Notes under the pieces: generated by a model | The model's input: the letters and a program-made list of their open reading frames with translations, nothing else | The model's database searches: none | What the model was told of the DNA's origin: nothing | Shown: piece after piece, positions 1 to 10,907 of the stretch | Position numbering within the stretch: the stretch's first letter is position 1 | Layout of the letters: each line of letters starts with the position of its first letter | Translations under genes and position numbers: made by a program | NCBI GenBank assembly: GCA_000004985.1 | Contig: GG738880.1 | DNA: 64,000 nt | DNA from: Naegleria gruberi | Lineage: Eukaryota | Strand: one strand, 5' to 3'

Positions 1-87
1 TCCAATCATGCCAACAATTTTGTTATTATGTATAAAAGGTAGTCCAAGAAAACTATTGAGGGGTGGGTGTCCTAATCCAATAATTAT

Positions 88-1254
88 TCAAAAAATATAA
101 TCAATCGATTCAATCAACCAATACTTGAACATACCTGGAGGAACATGATTAGGTGATGCAAAAGGATGAGTTTTTGGGTGATTAGTCAGTAAAGGTTGCC
201 CTGTCATCATTACATGACCAAAGAGACTGTTCATGTTATTGAACTTAAAGCCTACTTGTGTACATTTTTGAAATAGATCGAGTGCTTCTTGAGATAATTT
301 CGTTCTGGCGAAAGATATAGCATGTGAGTGTAGAAAAGGTTTTCCATCATCTGTGTACTTGACCTCACCAATGAAACTGTACTGGCAACGAATGAGAGAT
401 ATGACCTCATTCAGCAAGTCTAAGAAGAGTTTGGATGGATTTTCCATATGCAAGGCTGCACTCAGTTGTGCATTATAAATTGATCTTAGTAAGTCATGAG
501 AACGGCTAGCGTGTCCATCACTCTCCGGAGAATTTGGGGAGTGATTGGATTTGAAGGAACATTTACCAGAGTGTTTTCGGTTTATCTTGAGTTCATCCTT
601 AAATTCTAGATCAATGGCACATGCCTTTCTATTCATACTAATTCGTTCCAATGTTTGTGTTGATTGTTGAATTTCTGCAAGGAGGTGATGTTTTCTCAGA
701 AGTGAATCCAATTGTGATGTTGCAAATGATGTCGTTTCGTCGTCATCCATATTCGAGGATGAGGAAGACGAGGAAACACTAGATGAGGCTATTGAAAAAT
801 GTCGTCCTGTTGAACTTGGATCAGAAATACTTTCAGAAGAGAATGGACATGAAAATCCAAAATCACCTGAAATACTTTCTCTATGATGAGGAGGTGAGAA
901 TGCTTGCTGATGAGATGTAGGTGTGCAAACAACACTTTCCTTATGATGATTATGTTCGGTTATTAAATTAATGTCTGTTCTGTTTGTTTTATTTGTTGAG
1001 GAGGATGGAATAGAATCACCCTGTTGTTCCATTGCTCGCGTATTGTTGTTGTACAACTCTTGTTGAGAACAGCACTGTTGTTGAGTGACCATGCTGAGAA
1101 GAGTTTTGTTTTTTTTTTGGCTAATCGCTTTGGACATTTTAAGTGGTTTAACTACCGTAAAAGAGAGCGTTAAGAAAACAACAGTAGTTGTCACAATAAA
1201 GTCGTAAGGAAATTGTTGAGGATATGATTGAAAAATAATATGAGCGACAAACAT
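88..1254 (-). CDS. Ser-rich protein with C-terminal GAF-like domain; 3' end may continue past the window edge
   Basis: 388-aa ORF on the minus strand. The C-terminal ~130 aa (..LFLDLLNEVISLIRCQYSFIGEVKYTDDGKPF..FGHVMMTGQPLLTNHPKTHPF..) has GAF-fold-like spacing. The likely true start is the ATG at 1137 (MSKAISQKK), preceded by an A/T run. The frame stays open for all 84 nt between the TGA at 85-87 and the window edge (..IIIGLGHPPLNSFLGLPFIHNNKIVGMIG), so the annotated stop may be a sequencing error or splice-related. Confidence 0.45.
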   Translation of the reverse strand: MFVAHIIFQSYPQQFPYDFIVTTTVVFLTLSFTVVKPLKMSKAISQKKNKTLLSMVTQQQCCSQQELYNNNTRAMEQQGDSIPSSSTNKTNRTDINLITEHNHHKESVVCTPTSHQQAFSPPHHRESISGDFGFSCPFSSESISDPSSTGRHFSIASSSVSSSSSSSNMDDDETTSFATSQLDSLLRKHHLLAEIQQSTQTLERISMNRKACAIDLEFKDELKINRKHSGKCSFKSNHSPNSPESDGHASRSHDLLRSIYNAQLSAALHMENPSKLFLDLLNEVISLIRCQYSFIGEVKYTDDGKPFLHSHAISFARTKLSQEALDLFQKCTQVGFKFNNMNSLFGHVMMTGQPLLTNHPKTHPFASPNHVPPGMFKYWLIESIDYIF

Positions 1255-1885
1255 AGTTGTTCCCTTAATTATCCATAATGAAGGATTTATTGATATTAAT
1301 ATTATGAATATTTTGCAACTTTGATTGCTTAACGCAGAAAGATATCTATGGAGAAATAATACATGTTTGTTCAGAATAGTTATCTGTTAAGAATCTGGAC
1401 CCTATCAAGATATCAAATTAGAAAAATATCAAATTTATTTCAATTATCCATGTAACATTCAAGCTGCTATCAACCTTATTACGTTCCTTGAAACGTTGAG
1501 CCTTGTTTTTTTGCTGTTCAACTTTACAAACTTTTTAAAGTGTTAATTCAATAAACATCCTGTCCCTCTAGCCATGGAGAGTTTCATATTGTGAGTTACG
1601 ACTTCCGAGGTATTCTGTTGAGTCGTTATCAAATTTTAGTGCTGATTACAAGATTTAGATTTTTTTTCAAAATAGAATTAGATTTGATATTATTGCACAA
1701 GAAAAATACTAGACACTCCTTTCGCTAATTTATTATCACTACTTGTGGTCCTGCTTTTTTCTCAACTGTCTGTTACTCTTTTGATATTTTCAGTTAAGTG
1801 AAAACAACATCAGAGAAACTTGTTCTTCTTTCTGTACTCCATAATAGATCATATTATTATTGAGTAGATTAATATTTAAATAATC

Positions 1886-3648
1886 ATGGAATGGAATTGT
1901 TGTGGTATTAAACCATTGGCTCTTTTCCTAACGTTTTTTCTCGTGTTAGGATCAGGTTTAATATTGTTTGGAGTATTGTTTGGTGTTTTGGGACCTAGAA
2001 CACCATCCGATCCAAAGGATATTGCCCGATTTAATTCTCTAGCAAAGGTTTGTTAACATATTAATTCTATAGTATTAACAAGTAATATTCCGTATGGTTT
2101 AATTTTACATTGATGAATAATTACAATGTGGATTTTAATTTAATATTATACTGTATGGTTGACATTATAATTAATAATGCGGAATTATGATATACTATTG
2201 TGCTAATATTATGTAATGATTAAATTATTATCAATTAATTGGATTAATTAAATATGTAATGATTAAATTATTATTATTAATAATGATTCGGATAATATTG
2301 ACAGCAATGGCAAGCAACCAATAGAGAATTGTTTGCAGCCTTTAATTTCAACATGACTGCAACACTTGTAAATAATGCTCCTATTCCTCCTGCTCCTTCT
2401 GTATCTGCAGTTCCCTCTCCCTCCACTTCTACTTCAACACTTCCTCCTTCAGCAAAGAAAAAGAACACCAATTTTGTCAATCTTCATGAGCCAGGTGTTG
2501 TCATTCCTCCAAAACTAAACTCTATTTATTCTAGGTTAAACTATGAGAAACCTAAAGTGGAGACCCAAAAGGTCGTCAAAACAATCAAACAATCAACTAT
2601 TGTTAAGAATACTACATTGGATGAAAATCTCATACTTTTGGATAATGTCATAATGCAGAGCAATATGGATTCTGATGTTTTTCATCCTGGCGATCCATCC
2701 TTCTTACTCAAATATGACTCTCTTAAATATGAAGTTAAAAATCCGAATCCATCCCTCTTATTCAACAAACCAATCAAGACCAATTTTGACAAGGCACTCA
2801 ATATGACCATCTCATTTACCAATACATTAATGCTGTCAGTGAAACCAGAAGATAAGGAAGATGGAAAAAAGGGAGGTCTCACCCTCATGACAAATACTCC
2901 TAATACTACTCCTCACACAACACATATTGTGAATGGACCAGTCCTTACAGTACAAGCTCCTCTCGTATATTTGTTTTTGAAGACTGAATCTCCTATTTAT
3001 GATTCTGGATCATGTAGGTATGGATTTATGGAAGATGGAAAGTGTTACCTTGTCCATAGATTGAGAGAAATTTGCCTAAAGGTAAAAATTGTCAGTGGTG
3101 TCGCAGTATTAGATAATAGTTTGTAAGTACTTTAATTTTACAAAGTATTTTAATGAATTATGGAACTAATTTCATTCTCAATTAATAATTGATAATATTC
3201 TATGTGGACATGATTAAATAATTCAAGTGGAGGATATGGATGTGGACCAACAGATTTGCCATATGTACCAGCCATTCGATCAACATTTTCTGGATTGACC
3301 TATGTTTACAGTTTACTCAATACTGGTGAAGATGTCTACAATCATACAGTACTTTTCCAAGATTTAACCATTACACTGCGGTCATCCAATGACCCATTCG
3401 TGTATGCCGAGTACATTACCAATGGTACACTCAATTTCCAACCTTGGTATCACTATTATCAAAATATTGATGATGATATTGGCTTTGTGAGAGGATTTTT
3501 TGGATTTGGAAGTTTGGGATTGGGTGTTGTGATTGTCTTACCGAGCTTGCTATTTTGTTTATTATTTTGTTGTTGCAGTCCAACTCTTAGAAAGAAATTC
3601 ATGGTTGACGATCTAAGAGAGGAGCATGCACTCCTATTGAATATGTAA
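1886..3648 (+). CDS. Membrane protein with N-terminal signal-anchor and C-terminal TM helix; 3 exons (1886..2047, 2305..3122, 3228..3648)
   Basis: Exon 1 (ATG 1886) encodes MEWNCCGIKPLALFLTFFLVLGSGLILFGVLFGVLGPRTPSDPKDIARFNSLAK, ending at donor GTTTGT at 2048. A 257-nt AT-rich intron ends ..TTGACAG at 2304. An in-frame TGA at 2299-2301 forces the acceptor to lie after it. Exon 2 continues the 265-aa ORF (P/S/T-rich). Donor GTAAGT at 3123 and a 105-nt intron ending ..TTCAAG at 3227 give a phase-2 junction that reconstitutes TTT. The frame then runs into the 3256..3648 ORF (..GFGSLGLGVVIVLPSLLFCLLFCCCS..). Confidence 0.55.
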
Positions 3649-4292
3649 GGTTAAAAGTTCACCATTTCCTTACCTTTTGTTGCCTTTATTAATATCTATT
3701 TCCAAAACTATTTTTTCATTTGTGTTGGCCAACATTCCATTAGGACACAACAAGAACAAAGGGAAAGCAAAAATTTCAAACATCTTCTCTATCCAAACCG
3801 AAAGCAACCAGGTTATTAGAAACATGTTACTCGAGAATCAATTGATTATCCAAGCATGAAAGTTTGTTTACTTTAATGCAGTCCAAAACCCAAAAGGCTA
3901 GTGCACTTTCAAACAATAATGTTATCTCGTTATTGTTGATTAGCATGCTTTGACAGCCCCTTCCATAACAAATCCCTCTCAATACATAACAGACCAGACG
4001 TTTGAGTGCTGCAACACGTACTTCCAAATTTTAAAAAAAAAACCGCCCATAACCAGGTCTTGGCTGACACACTTACCTCTCAATAAAGTTCAGCAGCATC
4101 AAAACCTTGCTCTCTCTGTGTGTGTTCGTGTTCGTATTTTCGTTTGAACGGCAACAGTTTCTTCAAATTTGTTTTGCAATTTTCTTGTTGTTTGTAATCA
4201 ACAACGACAGGGAGAAAGAATTACTGATAGTAATAGGAGGATTCATAGAGAATCATCGTAAAAAGTAATATCATCACAAAATAGTATATCAA

Positions 4293-6833
4293 ATGATGAG
4301 AGAACTTGCCACTGATGATAATTCACATGCAATAGCATCAACGTTATCTTCTTCTTCTGAAAAGATGAAAAGGCCTCAACAACAACCAACCACAATCAAA
4401 ATGGTTGCTCGTACCAAGTCGGCAAGTGTGAGGGCTAAACAATTATTTGAACAAGAGCAAGCCTTAAAAAGACAGATGCAAGAACAAGAGCAGAATACTG
4501 AGGAGGATGATGGTGATGGTGATGAGAATGAGAAGGATGAATCAGATAATAGTAGTGATAATAGTAGTAGTTTGAGTAGTTATTCGATTTCTTCTGAGGG
4601 GAGTTTGGAAGAAGTTTGTGCAAAGAGTTTGATGGTTCTTAACAAACAAGAAGATAATAACATTGCAATAGTAGAAATAACGGATGATGAAAAGAGTAGT
4701 AATGGTAGTGGAAGCAGCAATGGTGGCGTTGTGGAAAATTCAAAATCCAATGAAACTACCACATCAAATTGTACTAATCAGAATTCCACTATAATTTCTG
4801 ACAATGAACAAGTATTGAGAGAACCCAAAGTCATTGAGGATGATGTATTGAACACATTGGTGGCAATGAAACATCAGCAGGATCAACCTCAGGTGCAATG
4901 CACGATAACCAATGTTGCATCATCACAACAAGATGGTTCTGTATCGTCACTGCCTGAGAAGAGGACAATCGAAAATGTTAATGAACGGATACAACCTTGT
5001 GACGATACAACAACTCGGGAGCATTCAAATATGAAAAATACTGAAATTGGAAATACTCAACACCTTAATCTTTCCTATAATCCTAATCATGCTGAGGCAA
5101 GATCAACAACTGATGTTTCAGACAATACAACACAACAATACTCCTCATCTGTTGATGGACAATTACAAATGCACACAACAGTCACTCCATCAATACATAC
5201 AACCCTGAAAAACAGTTCATTACCTCAAACACAGCAGCAGCAGCTGCAACCATCTCTTCCCCAAATTTATCATCACAAAGATGATCATCAATACTCATAT
5301 AGTACCTCAACAATTTCAACAATCGTTACTACAGCCAATGCATCTGTAACAAAGTCAGCATCTACTGCATATCATCAACACCAATACACTGTAAACTCGA
5401 GTCCATCAAACAAAACCACCTACCCAGAGTCTCACTACCTTAATTCGTATGGATCCTCTGGTGGACCAATACCAACAATAACAACTAGACATTCACCACC
5501 TCAAAGTCCTACCATTATTACTAATAGTATACCACCACAACAACCATCATCCTCATCATCACATTATAGTGGTAGTAGTAGCTCTGCATTTTCAAGTCAA
5601 GTATTCTCATCACCTCCAAGATATGATCCTTCTATTAGTAATAATACTGTCCCACCTGCATCTATTCATTCTACACCACCACCACCACCACAAAAGGTAT
5701 CTTCACATATCTATGATCATGGTGTTTATACCAAACACTATCACCAACCTCCAATGGTTTATCATTATCATCAACCTTATCTTCCTCCAATGTCTGTCCC
5801 TCCACCACCTCATCATCATGTTCCTTATATGCAACCCTATATGACCAATCCAATGATGAGCATTCCTCCACACAATCAAACATCTTCGTATAGTTCAATT
5901 CCTCAACAAGAGCAATATTATTATCAACAGCAAACAAGCAGCAGTTCTAAACCACCAATTCAAGGATCTTATCCTTCTTCTTCCACAACAACTTATGTAA
6001 ATAGCTCACCACATCATCAACCAGCTCTATCAAATCAAAGTTCAAGTTCAAAATCAACTAGTCCACAACCACTAACACCATCGCATGAAACTCTTGGAAA
6101 TTCATCCAATAATAATCAACCAAAAAACTCGTTTTTTCAAGATATTATTCAAATTCCAAAACCAATGGAATCTACCAAAAGAAAGCGAGAATATCTCAAA
6201 GATATTGTCTTGGATACTGCAAAATTAGGCCAATTAGAATATGAAACCTTTGTGGCTGAACAACAACGAAGACAGGAAGGAGCTATCACACCTAACAAGA
6301 AGAGTAAGCTTTTTAATATGGATTTTATGAATACAGTCGATCCAAATATCATGAGAGACAAGATTGAAATTACAAAAAGAAAGGAATTTTATGCTGATCC
6401 AGCTCCACCTAGAACAGAATATTTGGAAATTTTGCAAGGTGTTCGAGCCAATGCAGAATACAAGTTTGGAGATCCACTGCCTGATCATGTTGTCAAGGTA
6501 ACATTTGGTAGATATAGTGAAACTGCCAAGTCAGCTTCTGTTAGACTTTCAATTTATGGAAGAGGTCTTAGAGATGAACCAAAAAAGAGGAAGTTTATTC
6601 AAGCCATTGCAAATTTTGAGTTGGAGGTCATTAATGGAGCAGCAAAAGTCACCTTTTCAGATCTTGCAGCAAGACATGCTAGTCACAAATTTGGGAAAAT
6701 GTTGTTTTTGAGATTTGGATTATTGTGTGATGGTGTAGAAGTTTCTTCAGTTGAAACTGAAGGTTTTACCACCATCACCTTACGAGGTATTCAAAAGAGA
6801 CAACAACGACAGAATAAAGAAGTCAATCAATAA
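4293..6833 (+). CDS. Low-complexity (Q/S/T/P/H-rich) protein with a conserved non-repetitive ~230-aa C-terminal domain (unassigned; possibly a nuclear/DNA-binding factor)
   Basis: 846-aa ORF with the ATG preceded by an A-rich context. It has long S/T/Q/P tracts typical of dictyostelid nuclear proteins. The C-terminal block KRKREYLKDIVLDTAKLGQLEYETFVAEQQRRQEG..FGKMLFLRFGLLCDGVEVSSVETEGFTTITLRGIQKRQQRQ has compositionally normal sequence that I cannot assign to a family. The CudA-like idea could not be verified. Confidence 0.55.
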   Translation: MMRELATDDNSHAIASTLSSSSEKMKRPQQQPTTIKMVARTKSASVRAKQLFEQEQALKRQMQEQEQNTEEDDGDGDENEKDESDNSSDNSSSLSSYSISSEGSLEEVCAKSLMVLNKQEDNNIAIVEITDDEKSSNGSGSSNGGVVENSKSNETTTSNCTNQNSTIISDNEQVLREPKVIEDDVLNTLVAMKHQQDQPQVQCTITNVASSQQDGSVSSLPEKRTIENVNERIQPCDDTTTREHSNMKNTEIGNTQHLNLSYNPNHAEARSTTDVSDNTTQQYSSSVDGQLQMHTTVTPSIHTTLKNSSLPQTQQQQLQPSLPQIYHHKDDHQYSYSTSTISTIVTTANASVTKSASTAYHQHQYTVNSSPSNKTTYPESHYLNSYGSSGGPIPTITTRHSPPQSPTIITNSIPPQQPSSSSSHYSGSSSSAFSSQVFSSPPRYDPSISNNTVPPASIHSTPPPPPQKVSSHIYDHGVYTKHYHQPPMVYHYHQPYLPPMSVPPPPHHHVPYMQPYMTNPMMSIPPHNQTSSYSSIPQQEQYYYQQQTSSSSKPPIQGSYPSSSTTTYVNSSPHHQPALSNQSSSSKSTSPQPLTPSHETLGNSSNNNQPKNSFFQDIIQIPKPMESTKRKREYLKDIVLDTAKLGQLEYETFVAEQQRRQEGAITPNKKSKLFNMDFMNTVDPNIMRDKIEITKRKEFYADPAPPRTEYLEILQGVRANAEYKFGDPLPDHVVKVTFGRYSETAKSASVRLSIYGRGLRDEPKKRKFIQAIANFELEVINGAAKVTFSDLAARHASHKFGKMLFLRFGLLCDGVEVSSVETEGFTTITLRGIQKRQQRQNKEVNQ

Positions 6834-6874
6834 ATTGAAAGTTCTTTGTCTTAATATTAGTGGATTTTAATTTA

Positions 6875-8377
6875 TTAAAAACAAAGAGCAAGTGTTCCAC
6901 TTCTCAAAGCAAAGGAGGCTTCCATATTTGAACTCTCATCTTGTGAAGGAGATTGATTGAGCAGTGATCTCTCTAATTGTTTCAATTGAGAGACAAAACC
7001 TGAATTTGGTTGAACTAAACCTCTCTTTGCCTTGACAAACTCGAGAGCAGTTTCAAAAGACCACTCATTCTTTTTCATCAGATAGGATATCAATACAGAG
7101 GCAGATCTTGATTTTCCCTTCATGCAATGAACCAACACTGACGATCCAGAACTTATTGCCTTCTCTATAAACTCGTAAGATATTTGGAAAATATCAGAAA
7201 TATTTTGATCTTCCTCATCGTAGAGGTGCAGATTCAAATACTCGAATCCCTTCTCAGGGTAAATTGGCTCCAAGGATTTCACACAAGTGACAATGTGAGT
7301 AATTCCAAGTTGCTTTAAAACTGGTTCATTGAATGCATCATCAATATCACCTAGAAAGAGATTGTCCAAAATTCTTGTGGCTGCAAACTCTGACTTGGGT
7401 GTTCCATATCTTGCAATCTGACACAATTTGTAATAATATTTCAATGCCTTTCTCGATAAAAAGTGACTAAACTTTTCAGGTGATTGCAAATAGAGAATTG
7501 CCTTCTTGTTATGCTTAGCCTTATGTAGAATATCTATGGAATCATCAGGTGGACTATTCTGTGATTCTCTCTGAGATGTCACCATTCCAAGTTCAAGCAT
7601 TCTCAAAAACTTTTTCTTTACATTGACATATCTCTGTTTGATTTCTTCCTCTTGTTGAGATTTCTTCTCCAACTTTTCAATCTTTTGCAATTTATATTCC
7701 AATCTCTCTAGAACCACATCGAGAGGAGCACACGACTTGTTTTTACATATTTCCATAGCTTTCTGATCTCTATTCTCTATCTTTTCATTATATTTACAAC
7801 AGGATGAGGAAGAGCTATCATGCTCCTCAGTATTTACAAGAACAAACTCAAAAGTGTTTGTTTCAAATAATGAATTTCCAGCCTTATGATTGAGAAGGAA
7901 AGATGGAGAAGAAATTGACCTTTTGTAATTCCTCTTGTGATTATAGAAATGCTTGTTTGATTTTGGACTTGACAGATGGTGTACTTTTCTTGAATTGACA
8001 GCTGCTGTAGGACCATTCACAGGTGAGGCAATTGATGAAGCTGAATTTTGAATCATTGAGCAAGTTGACTCTATATATTCAAGATCATGAACAGCTTCAT
8101 CCAAAGATGAATCCTTACTTAATTCATCTTCATCGCAGTCATTACATTGTTCTATTCTTTGTTGTTGTTGATCATCTTCTATGTGATTCTTGGAATTCTC
8201 CAAAACATCTTCCCATTGATCATCCGAAGGACTTGGACAAGTAGCACACTTGAATACCAAACCCTCATCATATTCCTCATCATTTTCATTGATCTTATAT
8301 TGTTTCTCCATAGTAGTGCGGTTATGATTGAGCATGAGCAAAGCTTCGTTATTAGTGGCGAGACGCAAGGCTTTCAT
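6875..8377 (-). CDS. Dual-specificity protein phosphatase (DUSP) with an acidic/Ser-rich N-terminal extension
   Basis: 500-aa ORF. The C-terminal catalytic domain carries ILDNLFLGDIDDAF and the signature VHCMKGKSRSASVLISYLM (HCxxGxxRS P-loop). The ATG at 8377 is preceded by an A9 run. Confidence 0.85.
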   Translation of the reverse strand: MKALRLATNNEALLMLNHNRTTMEKQYKINENDEEYDEGLVFKCATCPSPSDDQWEDVLENSKNHIEDDQQQQRIEQCNDCDEDELSKDSSLDEAVHDLEYIESTCSMIQNSASSIASPVNGPTAAVNSRKVHHLSSPKSNKHFYNHKRNYKRSISSPSFLLNHKAGNSLFETNTFEFVLVNTEEHDSSSSSCCKYNEKIENRDQKAMEICKNKSCAPLDVVLERLEYKLQKIEKLEKKSQQEEEIKQRYVNVKKKFLRMLELGMVTSQRESQNSPPDDSIDILHKAKHNKKAILYLQSPEKFSHFLSRKALKYYYKLCQIARYGTPKSEFAATRILDNLFLGDIDDAFNEPVLKQLGITHIVTCVKSLEPIYPEKGFEYLNLHLYDEEDQNISDIFQISYEFIEKAISSGSSVLVHCMKGKSRSASVLISYLMKKNEWSFETALEFVKAKRGLVQPNSGFVSQLKQLERSLLNQSPSQDESSNMEASFALRSGTLALCF

Positions 8378-9183
8378 TTGCAGTCTTTTTTTTTATTGTA
8401 GATGAAAAAATCTCTCGTTTGCTGTTGTGCTGTTGTTGGAGCTGTTCAGTTCGGTCGTTGTTGTTTGTATCTCCAAATTACTTGTTTTGATTTATTTGGA
8501 AATTTAAATGATGATTTGAGTTTGGAGAGAGGTGCTAGTGGAATTATTTGTTATATGTTGGATTGAGAAGATTTGGTAAGAAAAATGATATTGAAAATTG
8601 GCGGTTTTTTTTCAAGATAAGAAATGATATCTCGTTAATGTTTGATGTTTTTATTTTGTGTTGTTATCAATTGTTTACAAATATTACATCTGAAAAGATG
8701 ATTGAGCGGAATTGCTCTCATCACACCTCAATATTTATAAGGGAATAAGGTAACGCGATTTTTTGCATTTTTATTGTTCGTTTGGTTGGGAATCGTCGGG
8801 GATTGAAGATATTATGAGAAGTTGTAGTTTGAGAAGATATTGTTATGAGGATTTTTGTTAATTATTGTTGTAGTGGTGCTGTGCTGATTTTGTATGATGG
8901 CTGCCGAAATCCAAGTTATTGTAATAATAGCTATAATAACTGAAATTTTGCAATTTTAAGATTTCGCCATTAATTTCGGAACGTTGATGATGATCATTAC
9001 ATAAAGTATATTACAAATTAATATTAAGGAAATATTAGAAAGATTGTATTATATTATGAAATATTGATCCAAATGATTTTCAAATTATCAGGTCTTGAGT
9101 TTCTCCAAAAGAAATAGTATATATGATGAAATAATTATCATGTTCATTGAATCTGCCTAGTAATAGTATCGGAATCATTATTA

Positions 9184-10907
9184 TTAACAAGTATATGAAC
9201 CATTCCAATTCAAAAATACATAGGCACTTTCCAAAATGGATGGATTTGCTGGAGTATACATGAATACAAACTTGATTGACATTTCTGCCAATTTACCTTC
9301 TTTCAGCTTGATCATGGCTCTGGCAGTTCTTTCAGCTCTGAGATGAGATTGTTGCAAAACAGCAAGTCCATTATCGACATGTGAAATTATTGTTTCTCTA
9401 GTTGCCTTGGCTTCACATAACAAATTGAGTTGAGTTTGAATGAAATCAGGGCCCATAATTGAATCCAATCGAGTCAATGGTTGCTCTTCAAACATGGTAG
9501 AGAGTGGATCGCTCACATACTGAACAGATGTAAAATCAGAACCAACAGCAACAACACCCAATGGCTTTTCAACAAGTTGTGATGGAGTAGTGGCATCATT
9601 CACTGGATAGACATTAGTTGATGTTGAAGTAAGTGTTGTAATAATTGATGGAGTTGTTGGAGCATGCGCAATATCAGAAGAAGTCATAATCTCAACCTTA
9701 GAGAGTTTTGGTTTGGTTTCAAAGTTTTGCTCTGCTTCATTTGGAGATGATTTTCTCTTCTTTGATTCGGCTGAGGTTTTAGCTTTGGTCTTTTTACCAG
9801 ATTTACCATTTTTATCCAATGCCACTGAGGTATTATTTGATTCGATATCTTGATTTGAACCCATTGTTGATCTTCCTCTCTTCTTGGTTGATTTCATTTC
9901 CACACATTCCAAACCCAATCTTACGCATCTTTCACATGGTCGTTCGAAACCACATCTTGTATGACGTTTCTGACATTCAACACATGCTTTGCTTGCTCTC
10001 TTTCTGCCATTAGGATAGGGTGAATTCTTTTCTTGACTATTGGTTGGAGAGCTAGTTCTTGTACTGCTCTTATCTCCAGTTGGAGTTGTATTGACATTGG
10101 CATGTCCACGTTGTTTTTGGCCATTTGAACTATTGCCAGAAGAATGAGATGGTGATTTAACATCATGTTGTTGATCTTGCTCATCCTCAGTTAAATGATC
10201 AAAATCATCATCTTCTTCCTCAGCATGCTTTCTATTCGAAACAGTTCGATTCTTCCTTGATTGTCTTTGTGGAGAAGTTGCAACAATAGTTGGATTGAAA
10301 GAATGATGATCTTCAATATCGAATGAAGTTAGTGGTTCTGAATTATCCAACAAGTGAATAAAATCTTCCTCTCCTTTCAAAATTGAAACCATGCCATCCA
10401 CATGTTCAGGTGAAAAGAAGCCCTGATGTGGCTGATGTTGTTGTGATGATGATTATTATTCATGTGAGTGGTATCTACATTATAGTGGTGGAAAGTTGTT
10501 GTTGCATTATTGTTTACATGTTGTTGGAATGCTTGTTGTGGATTGGAATGTTGTTGTGGATTGTTGTGATAGAAATGTTGGTCAGGGAGATTTGAGTCGT
10601 GATAGTAAGAAGGAAGCATCATATTCTGTTTCGAATTGTGATGTTGGGAAAGGATGGCTTGATTTCTCGAATAGATATCCATCAGGGATTGTTTAGTAAC
10701 TAATCCATTCATCATCATTGATTCCATAGTGTGGTCAATTTGTGCACCACCATGTTCCAAGTAAGGATGCTGACTTGGCATTGAATAATTGTTATTATTA
10801 TTCAATGGTGGCATATAGGATGGAAATGAATTCACGAGATTACCATTGTTAATAGTACTATTATTTGTTGCTGAATTATTTGCTGCTGACATGACACGTG
10901 TAGCCAT
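9184..10907 (-). CDS. Zn(II)2Cys6 (Gal4-type) binuclear-cluster transcription factor with N/Q/H-rich N-terminus; CDS interrupted by a 1-nt frame offset between ~10377 and ~10455
   Basis: Two overlapping minus-strand ORFs are involved. ORF 10377..10907 (176 aa) starts MATRVMSAANNS and is N/Q/H-rich. ORF 9184..10401 (405 aa) contains CVECQKRHTRCGFERPCERCVRLGLEC, which fits CX2CX6CX5CX2CX6C exactly. Both frames are open over ~78 nt around a T4 run and no AT-rich intron is present there. The cause is therefore an indel (sequencing error or a real pseudogenising mutation), not splicing. Confidence 0.6.

Noticed and set aside
10377-10455. Possible intron joining the N/Q-rich ORF to the Zn2Cys6 ORF
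   Set aside because: The overlap region is not AT-rich and has no plausible GT..AG pair of adequate length. A 1-nt indel explains the offset better.
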